Assembly (NCBI GenBank): GCA_035503995.1
Contig: DATJSQ010000266.1
Span: forward strand, 1-45,897
DNA from: Verrucomicrobiia bacterium
Lineage (GTDB): Bacteria > Verrucomicrobiota > Verrucomicrobiia > Limisphaerales > UBA11358
Direction: 5' to 3'
DNA: 45,897 bases
Shown: one piece after another, positions 8,355 through 17,893 of the stretch
Position numbering within the stretch: position 1 is the first letter of the stretch
Layout: each line of letters begins with the position of its first letter
Translations under genes and position numbers: made by a program
Notes under the pieces: model-generated
The model's database searches: none
The model's input: only the letters and a program-made list of their open reading frames with translations
Told to the model about the DNA's origin: nothing

Positions 8355-10250
8355 ATGACAAAACGGCTGCAACTAAGACGGGTACTGGCGCTGACGCTGC
8401 TGGTATGCCTGGCGTTCACGGGATTGGGTTACCGGCTCGTGGACTTGCAAGTGTTGCGCCATGATGAATTGGCGCGCCTGGCCCACGAAGACATGCAGCG
8501 CGAATACTGGCAGGCCCCGCGCCGCGGCGATATCCTGGACATCCATGGAAATCTTCTGGCCACCAGCATTTCGGTGAAAACCGTCTGCGCCGATCCGTCG
8601 CTGATTGGCAACCAACAGGCGGTTGTGGCCCGCGCCCTGGCGCCCTTGCTGCAAATGAACGAAGCCGAGCTTTATCAAAAATTGTCTCCCAGAATTTCCA
8701 GGGATGAACACGGCGACATCATCACGAACAATCTTCACTATGTCCGCCTGAAAAAAAATGTGCCGGATGAGACGTGGCAGCAGATTCAACAAACGATGAG
8801 CCACCTGGACTTTGGCGTGGCGGACATGAAATTGTCACGGGGTGACCGCGCCTTCTTTTACAACTTGCGCGAAAGCGCAATTTTCGCCGAACCGGACCAG
8901 ATGCGGATTTATCCGAACGGCGCATTGGCGGCGCAGGTGCTGGGATTTTCCGGCGTGGAAGAGTCCGAGGTGGACGGCCATCTGGTTTCGGAAATCGTCG
9001 GGCGTGATGGCATTGAACTGGCCTTGAATTCGGAGTTGAGCGGTGTCGCCGGCTGGCGCGTGTCCGAGGCCGACCGGCAGCAGCACGAACTGGTTTCTTT
9101 GCGCGATGAAGACGTCCGCGCGCGCGACGGCCTGAACGTGGTGCTGACCATTGACGCGGTGGTACAGCATATTCTTGAAACGGCGCTGGCCGATGCGATG
9201 GCAAAACACACGCCGCAAAGCGTCACCGGGATCATCATGCGCCCCAGCACCGGCGAAATTCTGGCGATGGCGTCCCTGCCGAATTACGATCCCAACCAGC
9301 CGGACACCGTCACGCCCGAAATGCGCAACCGCGACATCACCGACGTGATGGAACCCGGTTCCACTTTCAAAATCGTCCCCATTTCCGGCGCGCTGAACGA
9401 CGGCATCATTCATTTGAACGACACCTTTGATTGTGAGGAAGGGCATTTCGCCTATGCGGGCAGGGTGTTGCACGACCATGAGCCGTTTGGAATTTTGACG
9501 ACCGAAAGCATCATCACCAAATCATCCAACATTGGCGCGGCGAAGGTGGGCATCAAACTCGGCGACGACCGCCTCTACGACTATGCGAGTGATTATGGTT
9601 TTGGCGAACGCACCGGGATTCCCCTGCCCGGCGAGGTCGCGGGGATTTTGTATCCGGTGAAGGACTGGTCGAAGGTGACCATCGCGCAGATTCCGATGGG
9701 ACAAGGGATCGGCGTCACCCGGCTGCAAATGCTCATGGCCATGGGGGCGATTGCGAACGGCGGATGGCTGATGCGCCCGATGCTGGTGAAATGCCTGGAA
9801 GACCGGGACGGAAATATCATTCAGCAATATGAGCCGCAACGCGTGCGGCAGGTTGTAACCGCCGACACCGCGCGACAAATGATTGAAGCGCTTAAAACGG
9901 TGGTTTCGCCGGAGGGCACCGCGCCGGGCGCGGCGATGAAGGAATACGTTGTGGCCGGGAAAACCGGCACAGCGCAAAAGGTTGAAAACGGCGAATATGT
10001 TCACGGCAAATACTTCGCGTCGTTCATCGGATTTTTTCCCGCGGACAATCCGCAACTGTGCATATCCATCGTGATGGACGAGCCGAAGGAAGGCTATTAC
10101 GGCGGCCAGTGCTGCGGGCCGGTGTTCCATGACGTGGCGGAACGCTGTGCGAGCTATCTGAACATTCCGCCGGATGAAAATCTACAGCCGCCCAATCTGC
10201 AGTCGCCGCCAATCATGGCCACGGCCCAAAGCGATTCACCAACGCCATGA
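8355..10250 (+). CDS. ftsI: Peptidoglycan D,D-transpeptidase FtsI (class B PBP)
   Basis: STFK (GSTFKIV), SSN (KSSNIGA) and KTGT (GKTGTAQK) motifs, plus an N-terminal TM anchor. The ATG at 8355 is preferred; the ORF is open from the GTG at 8316. Confidence 0.92.
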   Translation: MTKRLQLRRVLALTLLVCLAFTGLGYRLVDLQVLRHDELARLAHEDMQREYWQAPRRGDILDIHGNLLATSISVKTVCADPSLIGNQQAVVARALAPLLQMNEAELYQKLSPRISRDEHGDIITNNLHYVRLKKNVPDETWQQIQQTMSHLDFGVADMKLSRGDRAFFYNLRESAIFAEPDQMRIYPNGALAAQVLGFSGVEESEVDGHLVSEIVGRDGIELALNSELSGVAGWRVSEADRQQHELVSLRDEDVRARDGLNVVLTIDAVVQHILETALADAMAKHTPQSVTGIIMRPSTGEILAMASLPNYDPNQPDTVTPEMRNRDITDVMEPGSTFKIVPISGALNDGIIHLNDTFDCEEGHFAYAGRVLHDHEPFGILTTESIITKSSNIGAAKVGIKLGDDRLYDYASDYGFGERTGIPLPGEVAGILYPVKDWSKVTIAQIPMGQGIGVTRLQMLMAMGAIANGGWLMRPMLVKCLEDRDGNIIQQYEPQRVRQVVTADTARQMIEALKTVVSPEGTAPGAAMKEYVVAGKTGTAQKVENGEYVHGKYFASFIGFFPADNPQLCISIVMDEPKEGYYGGQCCGPVFHDVAERCASYLNIPPDENLQPPNLQSPPIMATAQSDSPTP

Positions 10251-10978
10251 ACAATTCGCGCCCGCAACTGTTTGGAATGCTTGCCGGCCTCTTTCTGGCA
10301 GCGGGACTGGTTTTTTCATCCGTGCTCGCCACCACGACCTGGCTTAAAGTGAGGAATTCGCAGTTTGTCACGGTAAAAGGCTCGGTCCAAACCAACGTGG
10401 AATCGGACCTAATCGTCTGGTCGGGCAGCTATCCCGCGCAAGCCGCCACCTTGCTTGAGGCGCAACGCGCCATCCAGGCCAATCGCATCCTGGTGGAGAA
10501 TTTCCTGCGCGCGGCGGATGTGACGAATTTTGTTTTCGCGCCCGTGGCGATTGAAGAGGAAACGGCATCCAAAAAAAGCGATGACGGATGGGTAGCCCAG
10601 CGGACGACCGGTTATCGGCTCACCCAGACTGTTTCCGTGGAATCCACCAACGTTGACCGGCTGGATAAACTCGATCCCACGCCGTTGCTTGAACAGGGAG
10701 TGATCTTTACGGTTTTGCCGGAGCAATTCATTTATACCGGGGCCAATGAGGCAAAAATTGAAATGCTCGCCGAAGCGACGCGGGACGCCCGGGCCCGCGC
10801 CGAACAAATTGCCGAGCAGGGCGGGCGCAGCATCGCCGGGTTGCACGACGCGGACCAGGGCATTTTCCAGATAACACCGGAGCACAGCGTTGATACCAGT
10901 TGGGAGGGCGAGAATGACACAACTTCCCGCCACAAAACCATCACCGCGATCGTGACCGCGACATTTTTGTTGAAATAA
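10247..10978 (+). CDS. SIMPL (DUF541) domain envelope protein occupying the usual murE slot
   Basis: N-terminal TM/signal segment. VTVKGSV...GYRLTQTVSVES...EAKIEMLAEATRDARARAEQIAEQGGRSIAGL is typical of the SIMPL/BP26/YggE family. ATGA overlap with the ftsI stop; murF starts 5 nt downstream. Confidence 0.65.
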   Translation: MNNSRPQLFGMLAGLFLAAGLVFSSVLATTTWLKVRNSQFVTVKGSVQTNVESDLIVWSGSYPAQAATLLEAQRAIQANRILVENFLRAADVTNFVFAPVAIEEETASKKSDDGWVAQRTTGYRLTQTVSVESTNVDRLDKLDPTPLLEQGVIFTVLPEQFIYTGANEAKIEMLAEATRDARARAEQIAEQGGRSIAGLHDADQGIFQITPEHSVDTSWEGENDTTSRHKTITAIVTATFLLK

Positions 10979-10982
10979 AACC

Positions 10983-12368
10983 GTGGAAGAACGTTCTTTG
11001 AAATTTGTCGTCCACGCATGCGGGGCGGAACTCCGCACGCAGACGGGCGAAGCATCGGTCAAGAATGTTTGCACTGACTCACGCCAGGCGCGCCCAGGCG
11101 ATTTGTTCTTTGCCATTCGCGGTGAGCGCCACGACGGCCACGATTTCCTTGAGGAAGTCGCTGCCAAGAAGGTCGCCGGAATGGTCATTGAACGGAAAAG
11201 AGTTCCCGCTCAACCTGCCGCCGGCAATGTGCTGGTGGTGGATGACACCCGGGCCGCCCTCGGAAAGCTGGCCGCGGCCTATCGCGCGCAATTTGAGCCG
11301 CAGGTGATCGGCGTGGCGGGTTCAAACGGAAAGACGACGACAAAAGAATTGTTGGCATCGGTCTTGCGGCAAAAGTTTCCGACGCTGGCAAGCGAAGCGA
11401 GTTTTAACAACGACATCGGCGTGCCGCTAACGTTGTTGCGGCTGGAAAGATTGCACCGGGCCGCCGTGCTCGAAGCCGGCACGAACCATCCCGGCGAACT
11501 GGCGCCGCTGGTCGTGATGATGCGTCCGAAAATCGGTGTGCTGACCAATATCGGCCGCGAACATCTGGAATTTTTTGGCGACCTGGAGGGTGTGGCGCGC
11601 GAAGAGGGATGGCTGGCCGAACTGTTGCCCGCGGAGGGAACGCTCGTTGTCGCCGGTGACAACGAATGGACGCGGAAAATTGTTCAGCGCGCCAGGGCGA
11701 AAATTGTCCGCGTCGGCATTGGCAAAGACAACGACTGGCAGGCCGAGAAAATCCGGTTGGACAAAAACGGCGCGACGTTCCGAATCGTCGCGCGGAATGA
11801 AGGATTTAACGGCGAGTACCGGGTGAATTTGCTGGGTCGGCACCAGGTGGTGAATGCGCTTTTTGCGGTTGCGGTCGGTGAGGAACTGGGCCTGGGCCGC
11901 GCTGAGATCCAGCGCGGCCTGGCCGAATGCAAGCCGCCAAAAATGCGGCTGCAATATTGGGAAGCCAACGGCGTCCGCGTTTTGGACGATTGCTACAACG
12001 CGAACGCGGACTCGATGATGGCGGCGCTGGAAACCTTGCGCGACCTGCCGTTGCAGGGCCGGCGCGTGGCCGTGCTGGGCGACATGGGTGAGCTGGGCGC
12101 CCAGAGCGTGGCGGCGCACCAGGAAGTGGGCCGGCGCGCCGCGGAATTGAAGATTGGCCAACTCTTTGCGGTCGGCAATATGGCGCCGGTAATGGGCCGG
12201 GCCGCGCGCGAGGCCGGACTGACACGCGTGATTGAATTTGACAGTGTGGAAGCGGCGATGAATGCGGTGAAAAATTTTGTAAAGGCCGGCGACGTGATAT
12301 TATTGAAGGCGTCGCGGGCGCTGCGGCTGGAGCGTATTGCGGAAACATTAAGGCCGGAGAAGTTGTGA
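10983..12368 (+). CDS. murF: UDP-N-acetylmuramoyl-tripeptide--D-alanyl-D-alanine ligase
   Basis: GVAGSNGKTTTKE P-loop, EAGTNHPGE, DCYNANADSM and LGDMGELG motifs. Confidence 0.92.
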   Translation: MEERSLKFVVHACGAELRTQTGEASVKNVCTDSRQARPGDLFFAIRGERHDGHDFLEEVAAKKVAGMVIERKRVPAQPAAGNVLVVDDTRAALGKLAAAYRAQFEPQVIGVAGSNGKTTTKELLASVLRQKFPTLASEASFNNDIGVPLTLLRLERLHRAAVLEAGTNHPGELAPLVVMMRPKIGVLTNIGREHLEFFGDLEGVAREEGWLAELLPAEGTLVVAGDNEWTRKIVQRARAKIVRVGIGKDNDWQAEKIRLDKNGATFRIVARNEGFNGEYRVNLLGRHQVVNALFAVAVGEELGLGRAEIQRGLAECKPPKMRLQYWEANGVRVLDDCYNANADSMMAALETLRDLPLQGRRVAVLGDMGELGAQSVAAHQEVGRRAAELKIGQLFAVGNMAPVMGRAAREAGLTRVIEFDSVEAAMNAVKNFVKAGDVILLKASRALRLERIAETLRPEKL

Positions 12369-12377
12369 GCGAAAAAG

Positions 12378-13529
12378 ATGATTTATTATTTGAGCCAATG
12401 GCTGCTCGACTGGTTTCACGGAACGGCTTGGGAAAGCCGGCTGTCGTGGCTGCGGCTCTTTCATTACATCACCGTCCGCAGCGCCGGAGCGGCGGTGACG
12501 GCGCTGGCGCTCAGCTGGTGGCTGGGTCCGAAAATCATTCACTGGCTGAAACAACTGAAATTTGGACAGGATTACGCGGACAAGGCCGAGGAAGCCGGCG
12601 GCCTGGCCGCCCGCGTCTTGAGCAAAAAGGGAACACCCACAATGGGCGGCGTTTTGATCGTCACTGTCCTGGTCTTTTCGACCGTGCTTTGGACGCAGTT
12701 GGACAACAAGCTGGTCCTGCTGACGTTGCTCTCGGTCATCGTGCTGGCGGGACTGGGATTTTACGACGACTACGCCAAAATTCTCCAACAGACGGGCGGA
12801 GGAACTCCGCCGCGGGTGAAGCTCTGGGCGCAAACGGCTGTCAGCGCCTTCGTTGGGATTTATCTGTGGCTCACGCCTTCGACGACGAAACTCGTTTCGG
12901 AAATCATGGTGCCGTTTTACAAGCACCCAATCGCCACCCATGCCGCCTGGCTGGGAATTTTAATTGTCGTCCTGGCCATTGTCGGCACATCAAATGCCGT
13001 GAATTTGACGGACGGGCTGGACGGGTTGGCCATCGGTTGCTCGCTGATTGTCGCCTTTGTTTTTCTCGTATTTACGTACGTGGCGGGCAATGCGAAAACA
13101 GCGGCCTATTTGGAAATTCCGCTGGTTCCCGGTGCGGGCGAACTGACCGTATTCTGCGCGGCGCTCATTGGGGCGGGGCTGGGGTTTTTATGGTTCAATT
13201 GCCATCCGGCCCGGGTGTTTATGGGCGACACCGGTTCGCTGGCGTTGGGTGGCGCATTCGGCGTGGTGTCAGTCCTGATCCATCAACCATTCGTATTGGT
13301 GATTGCCGGCGGCATCTTTGTCATCGAAGCCGCGTCGGTGATTTTGCAGACCGGCTGGTTCCGCTTCACGCGGTTGCAGACGGGCACGGGACGGCGGATT
13401 TTTTTGATGGCGCCACTGCACCATCATTTCGAGAAGAAGGGCTGGTACGAATCGCAGGTCGTCATGCGTTTTTACATTTTGTGCGTATTATTCGCGGTCG
13501 TCGCGCTGGCGACCCTGAAATTGAGGTGA
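12378..13529 (+). CDS. mraY: Phospho-N-acetylmuramoyl-pentapeptide transferase
   Basis: KKGTPTMGG, NAVNLTDGLDGLA, GDTGSLALGG and APLHHHFE motifs; polytopic membrane protein. Confidence 0.95.
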   Translation: MIYYLSQWLLDWFHGTAWESRLSWLRLFHYITVRSAGAAVTALALSWWLGPKIIHWLKQLKFGQDYADKAEEAGGLAARVLSKKGTPTMGGVLIVTVLVFSTVLWTQLDNKLVLLTLLSVIVLAGLGFYDDYAKILQQTGGGTPPRVKLWAQTAVSAFVGIYLWLTPSTTKLVSEIMVPFYKHPIATHAAWLGILIVVLAIVGTSNAVNLTDGLDGLAIGCSLIVAFVFLVFTYVAGNAKTAAYLEIPLVPGAGELTVFCAALIGAGLGFLWFNCHPARVFMGDTGSLALGGAFGVVSVLIHQPFVLVIAGGIFVIEAASVILQTGWFRFTRLQTGTGRRIFLMAPLHHHFEKKGWYESQVVMRFYILCVLFAVVALATLKLR

Positions 13530-13775
13530 AAAATGGAAACTGAAACCCAAACGAAGCCATTGCCGCCATTGCAGAATTCGCGTTTTGCTTCTTGCAGAAA
13601 CTCCCGGCGAATGTTAATAACTTTGCCAGAAGTCTCAGGCCGCAATTTTATTTTCGTGCCGATGAACAAACCAAATTTAATCCGTGGCGAAATTTTTCGA
13701 GGCAATTTTTCACCGCGGGAAAATCAACCAAAAACAACTGATCCTCGATGAAAGGACGCCATCCGCGCCAAACTC

Positions 13776-14525
13776 ATGAACAATCCGAATCCATTCGTCC
13801 CGCAAGGTTCCCTGCTTGAACAACACAAACGGCGTTCGCGCATGAAGCTAGCCGTTTTCTGCGTGCTCGCCGTCAGCGTTTGCAGCTTGACCGCGATGCT
13901 TATAGAAGGCTGCAAGCGCGAAACCGAAAGCACGCAGCAGGACACCAACGAGGTTAGCACGGCGGAAACCAACGTTCAGCCGCTCGAAGCGAGCAATCCG
14001 CCGGTCACGGCTCCGGCGATGCCCACCAATCAGACCGTGGTCGCGCCGCCAATTGCGCCGCCCGCACCGGTGGTTGCCCCGCCCCCGCCGGAGGAGGAAT
14101 CCTCCTACGTCGTGGTCAAAGGCGACACGCTCGGCAAAATTGCCAGGGCGCACGGCGTGAGCCTCAAGGCGCTTGAGGCGGCCAATCCGGACGTGCAGCC
14201 GACCCATCTCAAAATCGGTGAGAAGTTGACCTTGCCCGCGCCTTCCGCCGCCGCTTCGGCGGAAACAGCCGCCGGTGGAATGGACATGAGTGGCGAGGAA
14301 ACCTACGTGGTTAAATCGGGCGATACCCTGACCAAAATTGCCCGCACCCACGGCACAACGGTAAAAGCCATTGAAGCCGAAAACAATCTGACCACGACCC
14401 GGATCAAGGTCGGACAAAAATTGAAGATTCCGGCCAACGCAAACGCGGCCGTGAACACGCCGCCTGAAACCGCGCCGGCTCCGGTTGCGCCGCAGCCCGC
14501 TGCGCCGCCGACGAACGGGCAATAA
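13776..14525 (+). CDS. Membrane-anchored protein with two LysM domains, occupying the usual murD slot
   Basis: TM segment LAVFCVLAVSVCSLTAMLI, a Pro/Ala-rich linker, then two LysM repeats (YVVVKGDTLGKIARAHGVSLKALEAANP...GEKLTLP and YVVKSGDTLTKIARTHGTTVKAIEAENNL...GQKLKIP). Confidence 0.85.
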   Translation: MNNPNPFVPQGSLLEQHKRRSRMKLAVFCVLAVSVCSLTAMLIEGCKRETESTQQDTNEVSTAETNVQPLEASNPPVTAPAMPTNQTVVAPPIAPPAPVVAPPPPEEESSYVVVKGDTLGKIARAHGVSLKALEAANPDVQPTHLKIGEKLTLPAPSAAASAETAAGGMDMSGEETYVVKSGDTLTKIARTHGTTVKAIEAENNLTTTRIKVGQKLKIPANANAAVNTPPETAPAPVAPQPAAPPTNGQ

Positions 14526-14562
14526 TGGTTCGTAACGGCCGGCGTTTGTTTGAAGCATTGAA

Positions 14563-15696
14563 ATGAAAGTCGCCGTCTATACTCTGGCATTTTGCGTCGC
14601 CGCCCTCCTGGCGCTGGGCATGGTGATGCTTTACAGCTCGAGCATGACGCGCGATGGCGCGCACGATTTGATGATGCAACTCATCTGGTGCTCCGCCGGG
14701 CTGGTTTTTTGCGGTGTGGCGACCGCTTTCGATTATCAGTGGCTCCAAAAACTCGCCTGGCCGGTTTATGCGGTGGCCATACTCGCGCTCGGGGCGGTTT
14801 TTGCGCCGCATATCGGCCACGCCAGCCACGGCGCTCATCGCTGGATCCGGCTTGGCCCGATGATGTTTCAACCCTCTGAACTCGGCAAGATCGGCCTGGT
14901 CATTTTTCTTGCCTGGTATGGCGATCGGTACCAGAGACAAATGGACACGTTCAAACGCGGAATTATTCTTCCGGGTTTCTTCGCCGCGACGATTCTCGGG
15001 CTGATTTTTGTCGAGCCGGACCGCGGCACGACGATTCTTTTGGGGGCGGTGAGCGGGATTTTGCTGCTGATTGCCGGCGTGCGTTGGAAACATATTTTGC
15101 TGCCAGCCGCGGCCGGGGGGGCGGCGCTGGCTGTTTCCATTTTGCATGATCCAATGCGAATGAACCGCATCTTCGCCTGGCTGCATCCGCAGGAGCATTT
15201 GAACGGGGCGGCGCTCCAGGCGCAGCAGGCAATGATTGGCCTCGGCTCCGGCGGCTGGTTGGGCGTCGGCCTCGGCAACGGGATGGAGAAGCACGGTTAC
15301 CTTCCGGAAATCCAAACGGATTTTATTTTTGCGAACGTCGGTGAGGAACTCGGACTCGTGGCCACCCTTCTCATCGTGCTGGCCTTCGTCATCATCGCCG
15401 TTTGCGGGATATGCATTGCCGTGAATTCGCGCGAACCATTCGGCGCGTTGCTGGCTACGGGACTGACATTTTTGATTTGCTTGCAAGCGGCCATCAATAT
15501 CGGGGTCGTCACCAGCGCGCTGCCAAACAAAGGAATTCCATTGCCGTTCATCAGCTACGGCGGTTCCAATTTGCTGGCGATGCTCACGTGCGTCGGAATT
15601 TTATTCAGCATCGCCCGTCATGCGCCCGTCCGCGAAAGGGTATCCAGGCGGGAAATTGAAAGCAGTGATAACCCATTTGCCGCCCGAGCCGCGTGA
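14563..15696 (+). CDS. ftsW: SEDS-family peptidoglycan polymerase FtsW
   Basis: QPSELGK, TDFIFA and PLPFISYGGSNLL motifs; about 10 TM segments; sits between mraY and murG. Confidence 0.92.
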   Translation: MKVAVYTLAFCVAALLALGMVMLYSSSMTRDGAHDLMMQLIWCSAGLVFCGVATAFDYQWLQKLAWPVYAVAILALGAVFAPHIGHASHGAHRWIRLGPMMFQPSELGKIGLVIFLAWYGDRYQRQMDTFKRGIILPGFFAATILGLIFVEPDRGTTILLGAVSGILLLIAGVRWKHILLPAAAGGAALAVSILHDPMRMNRIFAWLHPQEHLNGAALQAQQAMIGLGSGGWLGVGLGNGMEKHGYLPEIQTDFIFANVGEELGLVATLLIVLAFVIIAVCGICIAVNSREPFGALLATGLTFLICLQAAINIGVVTSALPNKGIPLPFISYGGSNLLAMLTCVGILFSIARHAPVRERVSRREIESSDNPFAARAA

Positions 15697-16955
15697 ATTC
15701 ACCCGAATCGAAAACGCCCACCGTCGCGATTGCCTGCGGCGGGACGGGCGGGCATCTCTTCCCGGGAACGGCGGTCGCCCAGGAATTAAAGAAGCGCGGG
15801 TGCAAAATCGCGCTGTTGATTTCGCCCAAGGAAATTGACCAACAGGCCGTGAAATCCGCGAGAGACGTGGAAATTTTCACGCTGCCCGGCGTCGGCCTGC
15901 AAAACCGAAACTATTTATCCTTTGCGCTGAACTTTTGGAAATCCTTTCGGTTGGCCCGGAATCTCTTCAAAACGCTCAAGCCGGACGCGGTCCTGGCTAT
16001 GGGCGGATTCACCGCCGCGCCGCCGGTGCTGGCGGCCGGCAGGTCTCGCGCCAGGACGTTTTTGCACGAGTCCAACACCATTCCCGGCCGGGCCAACCGT
16101 TTTCTCGCGCGATTCGTGGACGAGGCCTTCATTGGGTTCCCCGAAACGAAAACACGGCTCCGCGCCAAAAAGATTTCTGTCGTCGGCACGCCAGTCCGTT
16201 CCCAATTTTTCGGCGGAACAGCGAATCCAATGGCCGCGCGGGCGCTGGGATTGGAGCCGAATCTCCCTGCGATCCTGGTAGTCGGCGGGAGCCAGGGCGC
16301 CAGCGGCCTGAACCAGATGATTTTGGCGACGTTGCCGCTGCTCGCCGGAAAGAACTGGCAATGGCTGCACCTGACCGGCGTGAGCGATTTTGAAAAGGTC
16401 AAAGCCGGCTATGCCGCGCAAAAGGTGAAGGCTGTCGTCAAACCGTTCCTGGCCGAGATGGAATTGGCGCTGGGCGCAGCCACCGTCGCCGTCAGCCGCG
16501 CCGGGGCGTCGTCACTTGCTGAAATCGCGGCCACGCGGCTGCCCTCGTTGCTGCTCCCTTTTCCCGCCGCGGCGGACAATCACCAATTTTTCAACGCCCT
16601 CGCTTTTGAAACAACCGGCGCGGCCAAACTGCTGGAGCAAAAAGATTCAACGCCGGAGAAGGTGGCCGCAATTTTGAGAGAACTGGTCGAAGACAAAGCC
16701 GCGCGGGCGCGGATGCAATCGGCTCTGGCTCAATGGCAGTCGCCCGGGGCGGCGGCGGATATTGCCGAAACGATTTTGGACGCCGTCGCGGAAAAGCAAA
16801 GATTGACGCCAACGACCGGGACGTGCGGCTGCGGTTGCGCCCACAGGCACGCCAGCCACGGATTTGGAAATTCCCCACGGCCCTCAGCCGGCGCCACCGC
16901 GCCACCTTTTCCCGCCGCCGCAGGCAATGGAAAATTCATGCCATTTGATAAATGA
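15693..16955 (+). CDS. murG: UDP-GlcNAc:lipid I N-acetylglucosaminyltransferase MurG with a ~55-aa C-terminal extension
   Basis: IACGGTGGHLFPG G-loop, VVGGSQGA and RAGASSLAEI motifs. The tail TGTCGCGCAHRHASHGFGNSPRPSAG... is not typical of MurG. GTGA overlap with ftsW and ATGA overlap with murB. Confidence 0.9.
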   Translation: MNSPESKTPTVAIACGGTGGHLFPGTAVAQELKKRGCKIALLISPKEIDQQAVKSARDVEIFTLPGVGLQNRNYLSFALNFWKSFRLARNLFKTLKPDAVLAMGGFTAAPPVLAAGRSRARTFLHESNTIPGRANRFLARFVDEAFIGFPETKTRLRAKKISVVGTPVRSQFFGGTANPMAARALGLEPNLPAILVVGGSQGASGLNQMILATLPLLAGKNWQWLHLTGVSDFEKVKAGYAAQKVKAVVKPFLAEMELALGAATVAVSRAGASSLAEIAATRLPSLLLPFPAAADNHQFFNALAFETTGAAKLLEQKDSTPEKVAAILRELVEDKAARARMQSALAQWQSPGAAADIAETILDAVAEKQRLTPTTGTCGCGCAHRHASHGFGNSPRPSAGATAPPFPAAAGNGKFMPFDK

Positions 16956-17893
16956 CACTGACGAACGACATTTCGGAAATACCGACGCAAAACGAAGATT
17001 GTTTGGCGGAGCTAAGCGCGTTGCTGTCAGCCGCGACGGTAATTCGCCGGGATGAACCGCTGGCGAAACATACCACGCTGCGCGTCGGTGGCCGGGCGGA
17101 CCTTTATATTGAGCCGGCGGATGAGGCGGATCTGGCGAATCTCTTGAAATTATGCGGACGGCATGGCCGCAAGTATTTCGTTCTTGGCCGCGGCTCGAAT
17201 CTCCTCGTGCGTGATGGCGGATTTCGCGGGGTCGCAATTGGTTTGTCACAGTTCGACAAAATTGAAGTCGCCGGCGAGCGACTGCGCTGCGGCGCCGGCG
17301 CAAAACTGAAGGATGTTTCCATTGAAGCCAAACGAAATAATTTGAGCGGCTTGGAATTTTTGGAAGGCATTCCCGGCTGCGTCGGCGGCGCGCTCCGCAT
17401 GAACGCCGGCGCCATGGGCGGGGCGACCTTTGACGCGATTGAATCCGTCCGGGTGATGGCCTTTGATGGAAGGATTTCCGAGATGTGCCCCGGCGAAATG
17501 TCCGTGGGTTATCGCCAATGCGGGATCTTGAAAGATCACATCGCCCTGTCCGCGGTTTTCGAGTGCCAAACCGCGCCGCGAGAAGAGATCGAGCGGCGGA
17601 TGAAATCATTCAGCGGGAAACGCTGGGAGTCGCAACCCGCCGCGCCCAGCGCCGGGTGTATTTTCAAAAATCCGGCGGAAATCCCAGCGGGAAAACTCGT
17701 GGACGAACTCGGCTTAAAAGGCCACCGCGTCGGCGGCGCGGTCGTTTCGGCGAAGCACGGGAATTTTATCATCAATGACGGCGACGCCACGGCGAAGGAC
17801 GTGTTGGAATTGATTGAATTTTTGAAAGCGAGGGCGAAAACCGAGCGTGGAATTGAATTGCAAACCGAAGTGGAAATACTTGGCGAAGATTGA
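16952..17893 (+). CDS. murB: UDP-N-acetylenolpyruvoylglucosamine reductase
   Basis: PLAKHTTLRVGGRADLY, GRGSNLLVRD, AGCIFKNP and GGAVVSAKHGNFIIN motifs. Confidence 0.93.
   Translation: MTLTNDISEIPTQNEDCLAELSALLSAATVIRRDEPLAKHTTLRVGGRADLYIEPADEADLANLLKLCGRHGRKYFVLGRGSNLLVRDGGFRGVAIGLSQFDKIEVAGERLRCGAGAKLKDVSIEAKRNNLSGLEFLEGIPGCVGGALRMNAGAMGGATFDAIESVRVMAFDGRISEMCPGEMSVGYRQCGILKDHIALSAVFECQTAPREEIERRMKSFSGKRWESQPAAPSAGCIFKNPAEIPAGKLVDELGLKGHRVGGAVVSAKHGNFIINDGDATAKDVLELIEFLKARAKTERGIELQTEVEILGED

Noticed and set aside
12365-13543. 392-aa same-strand alternative-frame ORF overlapping all of mraY
   Set aside because: The mraY frame carries all the family motifs. The alternative frame is an Arg/Gly-rich string, which looks like a frame artefact of GC-biased codons.
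13533-13751. 72-aa ORF in the mraY-LysM gap
   Set aside because: Atypical A/T-rich codons, no motif, and basic low-complexity sequence. More likely a spacer or promoter region.
14404-15486. 360-aa antisense ORF over ftsW. Similar antisense ORFs lie at 18624-19514 over ftsQ, 40334-41215 over the kinase, 10409-11188 over the SIMPL gene/murF and 28917-29681 over the putative glycosidase.
   Set aside because: All lie opposite genes with strong family signatures, have biased composition (R, H, G, P) and lack plausible starts or motifs.
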